A DNA stretch of 38,616 nt, taken from Armatimonadota bacterium (GTDB lineage: Bacteria; Armatimonadota; UBA5829; DTLH01). The DNA is taken from positions 1-38,616 of the forward strand of contig JBBRAE010000026.1 in assembly GCA_038207085.1 (NCBI GenBank), written 5' to 3'. Positions 1-7,842 of the stretch are shown here, piece by piece. Numbering within the stretch: the first letter of the stretch is position 1; each line of letters begins with the position of its first letter. The notes under the pieces were generated by a model, which was given only the letters and a program-made list of their open reading frames with translations, made no database searches and had not been told where the DNA came from. Made by a program: the position numbers and the translations under genes.

Positions 1-1
1 T

Positions 2-173
2 GAACTCCGCGAGGATTACAATATGCCCAAGCTTGAGGGCGGAGTTCGCGGCAAATACGCCGAGCGCTACAGGCAGGGCTCGAACATTGTCGTGCTCGCT
101 CCGGACGTGTTGGAGGCGTTTCCGACTGCGGATGCTTATCAACGTCGCTAAATCGACCAAACGGGCGAGTTAA
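2..173 (+). pseudogene. 3' part of a small BrnA-like antitoxin-type protein, apparently frameshifted (5' end outside window)
   Basis: Frame 2 reads ELREDYNMPKLEGGVRGKYAERYRQGSNIVVLAPDVLEAFPTADA and stops at 149-151. A plausible C-terminus, MLINVAKSTKRAS*, lies in frame 3 (132-173). The VNEALR-like segment I expect in this family is missing. Confidence 0.6.
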
Positions 174-213
174 TCTTCAGTTCATCGGTGACATATCTAC
201 CGCAGCCGAGAAA

Positions 214-239
214 GGGCGGACACGTTGGTCCGCCCCTAC
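214..239 (-). repeat. GTAG-type REP hairpin, copy 1
   Basis: Minus strand GTAGGGGCGGACCAACGTGTCCGCCC; near-identical to 25540-25565 and 38450-38475. Confidence 0.9.
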
Positions 240-249
240 GAATTGGTTC

Positions 250-388
250 CTAATCTCCGACTTTCTTCCAACTTCGCCCAAGGTGCGATTTCTCAATAGG
301 TTCACTACCTGGTGGACGAACGTCTCTCCCCAGCCTATGATGTGACCGGCGGACCACCAGCCTTCGATGTAGGGGTGAGCGCCTTCGG
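250..388 (-). pseudogene. Remnant duplicate of the 3' end of the Gfo/Idh/MocA oxidoreductase gene
   Basis: 298-388 matches 1731-1821 at 87/91 nt (EGAHPYIEGWW.AGHIIGWGETFVHQVVNL). After an internal deletion it continues IEKSHLGRSWKKVGD* (intact gene: IEKSHLGRSWEKVGS*). Confidence 0.9.
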
Positions 389-410
389 CACAATCAATGA
401 TCAACAAACG

Positions 411-1511
411 CTACGCTACGGCATTTGCGCCTCTATAAGCCTCCACGGACTCAATTAGACGCTCGGCCTCGGATTCATCCCCACAACCCGCCATAATGTA
501 GACGCCTTTTGGGCCGATCTCGTCGAGAAGTGGGATGACTTCATCTGCCATAACACCCACTGCCTGAACTGACTTACCTGCAGCAAGTATCCTCTTGTAA
601 ATGGGGTACCACCTCGGGTCGCCGCCCTGCTCTATTCCTGCCTGAGGGGTCCATTCGATCGCATCAAGCTCCTCTATCTCAAGCAAGTGATCGAGGTGGC
701 AGATGCACTGGGTGCCATCGAGGTGGAACATTGAGTAGTCCAGCCACTTGCACTGCTCGATGAGTGGCGGGACGACGAACTCGGCGAACATGTTAGGTGA
801 GATCATCGCAGACGCGTCACACTGCACTTTGGCGGTTTTACCGGGGCCCCAGAGAGCGAATGCGCCGAAGCTGGAGCCTCCGTCGGGAAGCTTGATAATG
901 TCGTAGATACGGCTGTAGGCCTCAAAGAAGACCTGATTGATCTCAATTAGCTTCTCTTTTACCCACTCAGGCCGCTCGATCATATCGAAGAGCACGCGCT
1001 CAGAGCCGCGAAGCGATGCGAGGACATCGATGTTCTCGATCAGGTCGGGGCAGCTTGCCATATACTTGCCGCGTCCCATCTCCGCCTCGGCGCGAAGTGT
1101 CGCCTCATGCACCCGCCACCACTTATTTTCCGGGTCGAACTGAAGCTTGGGGAGCTTCTCCGGCTCCTCGACATCACCGATACAGGGCTCAAACCACACC
1201 GTCTGGGGTGAGAACCCTGGTTCTGACCCAAGGAGCAGGGCGAGCGACCCTGGGCCGATATCCGCGCTTGCAAGGGGCATACAGTCGGCGGGATAGGTCC
1301 TTCCCGCAAGAGTGAAATGATTCACCCTCGCACGAAGATTTCCATCCGTATAGGCTTCTACAAGCGGCGGCGGACCCGGGTCTGCGACGACCTCATGAGG
1401 TGGATCGGCCTTGGGCGTTCCATAGATGGAGAGCACAAGCCCCTCACCTTTCCACCAGTCAACAAAATGCTGTTTTGTCTCTTCCCAGTTGGGTTTCCAA
1501 GCTAAAGTCAA
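411..1511 (-). CDS. Uroporphyrinogen decarboxylase (URO-D)/cobalamin methyltransferase-like family protein
   Basis: 366 aa; TTG start after GGAGG; motifs LASLRG, QCDASAMISP.MF.EFV.P, FHLDG, IEWTPQAG. Confidence 0.75.
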   Translation of the reverse strand: MTLAWKPNWEETKQHFVDWWKGEGLVLSIYGTPKADPPHEVVADPGPPPLVEAYTDGNLRARVNHFTLAGRTYPADCMPLASADIGPGSLALLLGSEPGFSPQTVWFEPCIGDVEEPEKLPKLQFDPENKWWRVHEATLRAEAEMGRGKYMASCPDLIENIDVLASLRGSERVLFDMIERPEWVKEKLIEINQVFFEAYSRIYDIIKLPDGGSSFGAFALWGPGKTAKVQCDASAMISPNMFAEFVVPPLIEQCKWLDYSMFHLDGTQCICHLDHLLEIEELDAIEWTPQAGIEQGGDPRWYPIYKRILAAGKSVQAVGVMADEVIPLLDEIGPKGVYIMAGCGDESEAERLIESVEAYRGANAVA

Positions 1512-1603
1512 TTGTCAGTCCTCCAATATTGCTGTCGGCACCTGTTACTGCCGAGGTAGACTTGATCGCGTTGATCGCGCTCGTTCTCCAGAATCCAAAA
1601 AAT

Positions 1604-2767
1604 CTAGCTTCCCACCTTTTCCCAAGATCGCCCAAGGTGCGACTTCTCGATCGCTTCCAAGACTTCCTGGCACTTCAGTCCGTCGTAGAAGTTTGGGGTA
1701 GGCATTTCGTCGCGGGCGACGGCGTTCATCAGGTTCACTACCTGGTGGACGAAGGTCTCGCCCCAGCCTATGATGTGACCGGCGGGCCACCAGCCTTCGA
1801 TGTAGGGGTGCGCGCCTTCGGTCACGTTGATCGTGCGCCAGCCCTGCAGGCCATCGGGGTCCTCACGGTTGAAATATTCGATCTCGTTCAAGCGCTCGAC
1901 ATTGAACCTAATCGCGCCCTTGTCGCCGTTGATCTCAAAAGAGTTTCCGTTGCGGTTGCCGGAGGCAAAACGCGTAGCTTCGATTGTCCCGATCGCGCCG
2001 CTTTTGAACTTGGCAAGCGCGATCACGGCGTCGTCGACCGTTACTTCGCCCATCTCGTTTCCGCCCTTGGCAGAGAGCCCTCCGGTCGTGCCCGCAAGCT
2101 TGGGGCGCTCTTTGACGAAGGTCGTCAGGTTGCTTGAGACCTCTTCAATGTCGCCAACGAGCCAGAGTGCGAGGTCGATGGAGTGCGCGGCAAGGTCGCC
2201 CAAAGAGCCCGAACCCGCGACGGTCTTATCAAGCCGCCACACAAGCGGAAACTCCGGGTCGATGATCCAGTCCTGCAGGTAGACGCTTCTCCAGTGGAAG
2301 ACCCGACCGATCAAACCCTGGTCTATCAGCTTCTTTGCAAACGCGACTGCGGGGACCGTGCGATAGTTGAAGTTGATCATATGCTTGACGCCAGCTGCCT
2401 CGACGGCCTGAAGCATTCTCTTCGCTTCGGCGACGTTCATGGCAAGCGGCTTTTCGCAGAAGATATCTTTGCCAGCCTCTGCCGCGGCGGTGGTCATCTC
2501 CTCATGGACGTTGTTGCCGGTCGCGATGTCTACGAGGTCGATATCCTCGCGGGTGAGGAGCTTTTTGTAGTCGGTTTCGTAGCTCTCCCAGCCAAACTCG
2601 GTCATCGCTGACTTGACAGCCGACTCATCGCGCCCGACGATCGCCTTCATCACAGGCTCAGCCTCGATCCCCGGGAACATGGCCGCCGCGTTCTTGAACC
2701 CGAAGCTGTGGGCTTTGCCCATAAACTTGTATCCGATAAGTCCTACGTTGACTTGTTTTTTTGCCAT
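1604..2767 (-). CDS. Gfo/Idh/MocA family NAD(P)-dependent oxidoreductase
   Basis: VGLIGYKFMG Rossmann start, CEKPLA, GSLGDLAAHSID; AGGAGG RBS before ATG at 2767. Confidence 0.92.
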   Translation of the reverse strand: MAKKQVNVGLIGYKFMGKAHSFGFKNAAAMFPGIEAEPVMKAIVGRDESAVKSAMTEFGWESYETDYKKLLTREDIDLVDIATGNNVHEEMTTAAAEAGKDIFCEKPLAMNVAEAKRMLQAVEAAGVKHMINFNYRTVPAVAFAKKLIDQGLIGRVFHWRSVYLQDWIIDPEFPLVWRLDKTVAGSGSLGDLAAHSIDLALWLVGDIEEVSSNLTTFVKERPKLAGTTGGLSAKGGNEMGEVTVDDAVIALAKFKSGAIGTIEATRFASGNRNGNSFEINGDKGAIRFNVERLNEIEYFNREDPDGLQGWRTINVTEGAHPYIEGWWPAGHIIGWGETFVHQVVNLMNAVARDEMPTPNFYDGLKCQEVLEAIEKSHLGRSWEKVGS

Positions 2768-2805
2768 CTCTAAGCCTCCTGATGAAGTCTGTTTGCGGTA
2801 CAAAA

Positions 2806-2870
2806 AAATTAGAGCGAACGGTCGCTTGGATCGTTCGCTCTAATTTAGCACTTCTTTCCCAATCTGTCGA
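2806..2870 (-). promoter_or_regulatory. Putative sigma70 promoter overlapping a long inverted repeat (terminator of the PPIase gene and/or operator)
   Basis: Minus strand TCGACA-N17-TAAATT with extended TG (2870-2842). Inverted repeat AAATTAGAGCGAACG...CGTTCGCTCTAATTT (2806-2846) runs into a T7 tract. Confidence 0.55.
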
Positions 2871-2890
2871 TAGGGAAAATAGTTTTTTGC

Positions 2891-3955
2891 TTACTTAGGA
2901 GCCGGAGGCGGGGTTTCGAGCTTCTCGGAACCGGCCTTGGCAGGAGCAGTCTTTGGTGCGGGCTTTGCAGCCGGCTTGACTGCGGGCTTCGGAGCGGCAC
3001 CCGTCGCGTTGCCCTCGGGGATGGTCGGGGACATCTTGTTCTGAACCTTCGCTTCTTCTTTGAGCTTCTCGAACATCGGGCGCATAAGCGTCTGCATCTT
3101 GCTCTGCATGATCTGCTTCTTCAGCTCGGCCTTGTCCTTGGCGGAAGCGGTTTGACCGCTGGCCTCGACCTGGATGATGTGATAGCCGTAGGGGCTCTTC
3201 ACTGGCTGGCTTGTTTCCCCAACCTTCATAGCAAACGCGGCGTCGGAGAACTCAGGGACCATACGGCCCTTGGTGAACCAACCGAGCTCGCCGCCCTTTT
3301 CCTTGCTGCCGGGGTCGTCGGAATACTCTTTGGCTGCAGCCTCAAAGCTCTTGCCGGCCTTCAGCTCAGCGTAGATCTTGTCGGCTTTCACCTTGGCGTC
3401 ATCTTCAGCCTTCTTGGTATCCTCAGGCTTGGCATCCGGCGCGCTGCGCGGGACGCTGACGAGGATATGCCTGGCCTGGATGTAGTCTGCATACTCGGCC
3501 TGGGTGGGAGCATTATCCTTCTCGACGATCTTTTCAAGGCCGATCTGGATAATCAGTCCTGCCTTGAATCGGGCCATCGGGTACTTCATCTTCTGCATCA
3601 TCGAGTCAAGGGTCTCACCGGGGGGAAGACTCTTCTTGGCCTCGGCCATCTTGGCGTCGATGTCTGCTTTGGATACTGCGATACCCCTCTTCTTCATCGC
3701 GGCTGCGATTACTTTGTAGTTGAGATACTCATCAAGCGTAGATGGGGCCATCCAGTCCCAAAGTACCGACATAAGTTCACTCTTGGTGATGTTCTGACCG
3801 GCTACTACCGCAACGACTGCGGTATCTGGGGCCGCCTTGAGCTTGGCCATGTTCTGCTCCTGGGTAGGCGCAGGGGCTGCTACGGCGAATGCCGTACACA
3901 GGAAAGCGACTACAAGCGCCATAGCTGCTACGACGGCGATTCTTCTTCCGTGCAT
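2891..3955 (-). CDS. PrsA/SurA-like parvulin peptidyl-prolyl isomerase (exported foldase)
   Basis: Signal peptide; ARHILV, F...AKEYSDDPGSKEKGGELGWF..GRMVPEF, PVKSPYGYHII; Pro/Ala/Lys-rich tail; AAGGAG RBS. Confidence 0.9.
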   Translation of the reverse strand: MHGRRIAVVAAMALVVAFLCTAFAVAAPAPTQEQNMAKLKAAPDTAVVAVVAGQNITKSELMSVLWDWMAPSTLDEYLNYKVIAAAMKKRGIAVSKADIDAKMAEAKKSLPPGETLDSMMQKMKYPMARFKAGLIIQIGLEKIVEKDNAPTQAEYADYIQARHILVSVPRSAPDAKPEDTKKAEDDAKVKADKIYAELKAGKSFEAAAKEYSDDPGSKEKGGELGWFTKGRMVPEFSDAAFAMKVGETSQPVKSPYGYHIIQVEASGQTASAKDKAELKKQIMQSKMQTLMRPMFEKLKEEAKVQNKMSPTIPEGNATGAAPKPAVKPAAKPAPKTAPAKAGSEKLETPPPAPK

Positions 3956-4053
3956 AGAGTTGCACTCCTTTCAACGTTAAGGTTGAGGTTGGATTTGAAT
4001 AAATGTTACTACATTCACTCGTTGCGGTCAACAAATTTGAGTAATTGTTTGGT

Positions 4054-4092
4054 AAAAAGCGAGGCGGCAGGGGAAATCCCTGCCGTCTTTTC
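4054..4092. terminator. Intrinsic terminator-like hairpin
   Basis: AGGCGGCAGGG-GAAAT-CCCTGCCGTCT flanked by an A run and a T run. Confidence 0.65.
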
Positions 4093-4125
4093 ACCATGAG
4101 GACATATAGAGTATAGAGTCTGGTT

Positions 4126-4270
4126 CTACTGATTGACTCGAAGGGCCGAGTTCGGGACTATGCTGAAGGCTGTCGTGCTAGGTGGCTGCCACATAAGCTG
4201 GCAGTATGCGCGGTCCTCGTCCTCGAACATCTGGGCTTCAAGCTTATACCACTTGTCTCCCTGAAGCTGG
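4126..4270 (-). pseudogene. C-terminal fragment of a PA14-domain protein
   Basis: Minus frame LQGDKWYKLEAQMFEDEDRAYCQLMWQPPSTTAFSIVPNSALRVNQ* resembles the PA14 C-terminal strands. There is an in-frame TGA just upstream and no plausible start codon or RBS for the full fragment. Confidence 0.6.
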
Positions 4271-4384
4271 TGGTGAAAGCCAACCGGGTATTTTTTGTCT
4301 GGGCAGTGGCTTCAAACGTGCCCGCCCTGCTCCAAATGCCTCTGTGTGAAAATATTTTTCAAATTCCTGTAAAAACTGCGAGTA

Positions 4385-4401
4385 TTGGCACGGGTTTTGC
4401 A
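4385..4401 (+). promoter_or_regulatory. Sigma54 (RpoN) -24/-12 promoter
   Basis: TTGGCACGGGTTTTGCA fits consensus TGGCAC-N5-TTGCA with exact spacing, in an AT-rich intergenic region. Confidence 0.8.
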
Positions 4402-4411
4402 GTATATATAA

Positions 4412-4521
4412 GTGAGAAGATAATTCTCTTTTTCTCCTTCCTAAAATGTGTTGTGAATTAACCGAAGGGACGCAAGTCCTGGAGGACCCGCAGAACTTCT
4501 AGTCCTGCGGGATATTTTTTT
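4412..4521 (+). ncRNA. Candidate sigma54-dependent small RNA (about 110 nt)
   Basis: Bounded by the sigma54 promoter and an intrinsic terminator. Contains a CU-rich tract and a GGGAC-GCAA-GTCCT hairpin; no RBS-supported ORF. Confidence 0.55.
4487..4521 (+). terminator. Intrinsic terminator
   Basis: CCCGCAG...CTGCGGG followed by ATATTTTTTT. Confidence 0.75.
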
Positions 4522-4578
4522 GTTGGGTGGCGATTTCCGAATCCCGAATGGCGTAATGCATGGCAATTGATCCACTAG
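4520..4578 (+). repeat. Dispersed palindromic repeat family B, internally deleted copy
   Basis: TTGTTGGGTGGCGATTTCCGAATCCCGAATGGCGTAATGCATGGCAATTGATCCACTAG matches the reverse complement of 29259-29350, lacking the segment between two CCGAATC motifs. Confidence 0.85.
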
Positions 4579-4655
4579 CCCGCATTATTCACGAGTAGCG
4601 TGAATAATGCTCTGTTAGCGAAAGCTTTATTCGCTTCACGAATAAAGCGGGCTAG
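4575..4655. mobile_element. 73-bp double-hairpin miniature element, copy A, CTAG-flanked
   Basis: CTAG (4575-4578) + 73 bp + CTAG (4652-4655); 72/73 identical to 29875-29947. Confidence 0.9.
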
Positions 4656-4692
4656 CCCTCACCCTAACCCTCTCCCTCAAGGGGAGAGGGGA
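4656..4692 (+). repeat. CCCTCACCCTAACCCTCTCCC-N5-GGGAGAGGG palindromic repeat
   Basis: Hairpin CCCTCTCCC/GGGAGAGGG with CCCTCACC leader, a REP-like motif type I recognise from many bacteria; single copy in this window. Confidence 0.6.
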
Positions 4693-4763
4693 CTCTGGTT
4701 CCTGTCTCCTTGAGGGCTGTCGCCTGAGAGGAGAAGGCTGGAATTAGGGGTAGTATCTGAAAC

Positions 4764-5774
4764 TCAATAGGGCACTTCTGAGTATCTGGCGTACTTGCGG
4801 AACTCTTCATCAAAGGCAAATAGTGCTGGCGCGCCTCCGGTGTGGATGAAGACTGTGGTGCGGTCTGCGTCAATCTTGCCCGTGCGCGCGAGGTCGACCA
4901 GCCCGGACATTGCTTTGCCGGTGTAGACGGGGTCAAGGACGAGGGCTTCGGTGCGGGCGGACAACAAAATCGCATCCATCCCTGCCTCGCTTGGGATGCC
5001 GTAGAACCCGCCGACGTAGTCGTGGTTGATATCGACCGCCCCAGCGTCAAACTCTCCGTCCTCCCCAAGAAGACCAAGCGCCACCGCTCCGACCTGTGCG
5101 GCGATCTTCTGAAGCGGCTTTTTTCTGCGCCCGACGCTTATTCCAAGGGCCTCGGCTTTGGGAAGAAAGAGCCGTATCCCCGCGATCACTCCAGCCATCG
5201 TTCCAGCCGAGCCTACGGCGAAGGTGATGAGCGGGGAATCGTCGTCGCCAAGCTGCTCCGCGAGCTCCCGAACAGCCTCGACGTAGCCAAGCGCACCGAC
5301 CGGGCTTGATCCGCCTATGGGTATAACGTAGGGCTTGCGTCCGGCCTTGGCAAGCCGCTTCGCCTCACGCGCCATCTCAGCCTCCATCGGCTTTACGTTG
5401 ACGTCGGGCATAAACTTGATTTCGGCGTCAAAGAGCACGTCAAGGAGCAGGTTCCCCTCGAACCGCTCGAACCTCGGGCCGCCAAGGACGAGCGTGCAGT
5501 CGAGCCCGAGCTTCTTTGCCGCAGCTGCCGTAAGACGCGCGTGGTTGGACTGCGGTCCGCCGTCGGTCAGGACGATATCGGCCCCCTGAGAAAGCGCGTC
5601 GGCCATCAGAAACTCGAGTTTTCGCACCTTGTTGCCCCCAAGCGCAAGGCCCGTGAGGTCGTCGCGCTTGATCAGGAGCCTCTTAAGCCCGATAGCTTCA
5701 GCCAGGCGAGGCGCCTCATCAAGCGGTGTCGGCCAATATCCAAGTCTTGTGCGGGGCATGCTTTCCAGGTTCAT
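4764..5774 (-). CDS. D-cysteine desulfhydrase / ACC deaminase family PLP enzyme
   Basis: PTPL, IKRDDLTGLALGGNKVRKLE (PLP lysine), QSNHAR, LDPVYTGKA, FIHTGG. Confidence 0.93.
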   Translation of the reverse strand: MNLESMPRTRLGYWPTPLDEAPRLAEAIGLKRLLIKRDDLTGLALGGNKVRKLEFLMADALSQGADIVLTDGGPQSNHARLTAAAAKKLGLDCTLVLGGPRFERFEGNLLLDVLFDAEIKFMPDVNVKPMEAEMAREAKRLAKAGRKPYVIPIGGSSPVGALGYVEAVRELAEQLGDDDSPLITFAVGSAGTMAGVIAGIRLFLPKAEALGISVGRRKKPLQKIAAQVGAVALGLLGEDGEFDAGAVDINHDYVGGFYGIPSEAGMDAILLSARTEALVLDPVYTGKAMSGLVDLARTGKIDADRTTVFIHTGGAPALFAFDEEFRKYARYSEVPY

Positions 5775-7210
5775 AGTTTCTCCTCAGTATCGACGGCGCT
5801 ATCTGCGCCGTCTCCTAAAGGCTGGCGCGTAGCGCCACCGGCGGTGACTTCTATGCCGTAGAACGCAAGCACGGGCCTTTGCAGGTGGTCGCGCAGGCTG
5901 CATGGCGGGTCGCATCCGAGCATGTTGTGACAGAGCGTGGTGCCTGATGCCGGTCTCGCGAGCTCTATCAACACATCGCTTGCTCCTTCAACCCTTGCAG
6001 ATTCGACAGGAACCACGCCCAGATCGTCTTCAAAGGTGAAGTCATTGGGCTTGATCTGTAGGAAAATCAGGTGGTCTACCACATTTTCAAAGCTTATTCG
6101 GACCCTTGTTCGCTCAGAGTTGTCAAACGCTGCGTTTTCCACATCCGCTGGCTTCCAGGGAATTTCGGCTCCGTAGACCATCCCAAGAGCTGCGCGTGCA
6201 AAGCGCTGGCCGAGGATCACGTTGCCGATCGCGCCTGTGTGGATGGCGTCGGAAAGGACGAGGTCGAGCGTTGGGACTACCGCTAGGCCGGGGATGGAGC
6301 GCGCGGCCTGTCGCTGGGCCTCCCGGAGGACCCCCCACCACTTGTCTTGTTCGGGCAGGCCATCCAGGTACCGATTGAGCTGTGCGGTGATGGCCGGCAG
6401 GTCGCCGAAGCGTGTGCGGAAGTCCTCGATCATTGCGGTGAAGCGCTCAAGGTAGGTCGGGGCTGCGGACTCGCCCGCGTCGGACTCTCCCTGATACCAG
6501 AGCATCCCCGCGACTTTTCCTCCCGCTGCCGTGATATGCTCGAGCATGTTCCAATATAGAACAGCCTCGTCTCCCTTGGCGGGCTCCCAGGAGCTGAGCG
6601 CGGAGCCGCCGAGCGCGGTTGGGATCAGGCCGATTGGCACGCCTGCCCCCGCAAGCACCTCTTTTCCAAAGGCAAGCCAGGGGGAGACATCCATCCAGCC
6701 GCTGTCGCGGTTTGCGGGGTGACGGGTGCCTGTTGTGTCAAACACGGGGTGTGTTGCAAGCCGCCAGACCTCGTTTACGCCGAAAACGCTCACGCCAAAG
6801 GCAGCCGGGTCGACCACCGGGCCGTGACCGTAGCCGACGGCATTGCTCTGCCCCGCGATCACCCAAACGTCGCCGACTGAGACGTGCCATATCTTGTCGC
6901 CCGTCAGTCGCCACTCGGCCCCCTGGTTTCGCAGGCGTGTTTCGATCTTGTAGAGCCCTCCGGTCGGGATCGAAAGCGTGATGGTCCATGCGTGGTGATC
7001 GAGCATCTCCGCGTCTCGCCAGTCGCAGCCTGGGACGGGGGAGTTGTCGCACTCGCTTGCGACGCGCACTTCGACCGTGCCTGGGGCGTCGGACACCCAC
7101 GAGCCCTCAAGCGTCACGTCCGCGCGACCGTCGGGGTTTCTTTGGATCACCTGCCAGGGCGCGGGACCCGAAGTTATCGTCACTCCCGGGAATACGGGCT
7201 CAGTTGTCAT
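5771..7210 (-). CDS. Sialate O-acetylesterase (SASA/SGNH) family carbohydrate esterase
   Basis: GDVWVIAGQSN, LWYQGESD, DAIH; stop overlaps the next ATG (ATGA). Confidence 0.88.
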   Translation of the reverse strand: MTTEPVFPGVTITSGPAPWQVIQRNPDGRADVTLEGSWVSDAPGTVEVRVASECDNSPVPGCDWRDAEMLDHHAWTITLSIPTGGLYKIETRLRNQGAEWRLTGDKIWHVSVGDVWVIAGQSNAVGYGHGPVVDPAAFGVSVFGVNEVWRLATHPVFDTTGTRHPANRDSGWMDVSPWLAFGKEVLAGAGVPIGLIPTALGGSALSSWEPAKGDEAVLYWNMLEHITAAGGKVAGMLWYQGESDAGESAAPTYLERFTAMIEDFRTRFGDLPAITAQLNRYLDGLPEQDKWWGVLREAQRQAARSIPGLAVVPTLDLVLSDAIHTGAIGNVILGQRFARAALGMVYGAEIPWKPADVENAAFDNSERTRVRISFENVVDHLIFLQIKPNDFTFEDDLGVVPVESARVEGASDVLIELARPASGTTLCHNMLGCDPPCSLRDHLQRPVLAFYGIEVTAGGATRQPLGDGADSAVDTEEKL

Positions 7211-7391
7211 CTTGTCTTGCTCCTTCAGTTGGGAAAACTCTCTTCACCCTTCCACTCAAGCGCCGCGAAATCCTCTGTGGCATAACCTGCGCCTGAGGAA
7301 GGATAGGGCAGGTGCTATCTATAATCAGGGTATAGAGACAAATCAGAACTGGTGTCGGATTAGCCCGATTCTTGGGATTTGGTGAGCGTTT

Positions 7392-7460
7392 CATCGAAGC
7401 CTCTGCACGCGGCACAAGTGCTTGGGCGATAAACAAGAATCAGGTTAGGCGTGCACTCGC
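7392..7460 (+). repeat. Dispersed repeat family C, copy 1
   Basis: CATCGAAGCCTCTGCACGC-N38-GCGTGCACTCGC; identical flanks at 30681-30750. Confidence 0.8.
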
Positions 7461-7473
7461 TGGTGAGGGTACA

Positions 7474-7836
7474 ATGAAATTCGTCGTCCAAGAGCATCAC
7501 GCAAGCCGCCTGCACTGGGATTTCCGCCTGGAGCTCGATGGGGTCGGCAAGAGCTGGGCCGTCCCCAAGGGCGTGCCCGAGGATCCGAACGTCCGTCGGC
7601 TCGCGATTGAGGTTGAGGACCACTCGCTCGACTACTTCGACTTTGAAGGCGTGCTCCCCGAAGGCACATACGGCGCAGGTGAGGTCAAAATCTGGGACCG
7701 CGGCACTTTTGAGCTGACCGAACGCGCCGAGGGCAAGCTCCACTTTATACTCCACGGTGAGCGCCTCGCGGGCGAGTACATTCTCACCCGCACGGAGGGC
7801 AAACAGTGGCTCATATTCAAGCGAAAGCCGAGGTAG
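7474..7836 (+). CDS. Stand-alone LigD 3'-phosphoesterase (PE) domain protein
   Basis: FVVQEHHASRLHWDFRLE, SWAVPKG, RLAIEVEDH, YFDFEG, YGAGEV.IWDRG; ATG at 7474 after GAGGG. Confidence 0.92.
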   Translation: MKFVVQEHHASRLHWDFRLELDGVGKSWAVPKGVPEDPNVRRLAIEVEDHSLDYFDFEGVLPEGTYGAGEVKIWDRGTFELTERAEGKLHFILHGERLAGEYILTRTEGKQWLIFKRKPR

Positions 7837-7842
7837 CTTGAA

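Noticed and set aside
177..407. 76-aa ORF as a real small gene
   Set aside because: It is a chimera of the duplicated oxidoreductase fragment, an out-of-frame tail and a REP hairpin.
3152..4099. Long antisense ORFs (also 1400-2137, 10438-11253, 17191-18168, 19930-20817, 26381-27181 and others)
   Set aside because: Shadow frames opposite well-supported genes, expected from high-GC codon bias; no recognisable motifs.
4455..4500. c-di-GMP-I riboswitch (GGGACGCAA resembles its core)
   Set aside because: The upstream GGCAAACC/GAAA stem and GCAAAGCC continuation are absent, and there is no downstream gene in that orientation.
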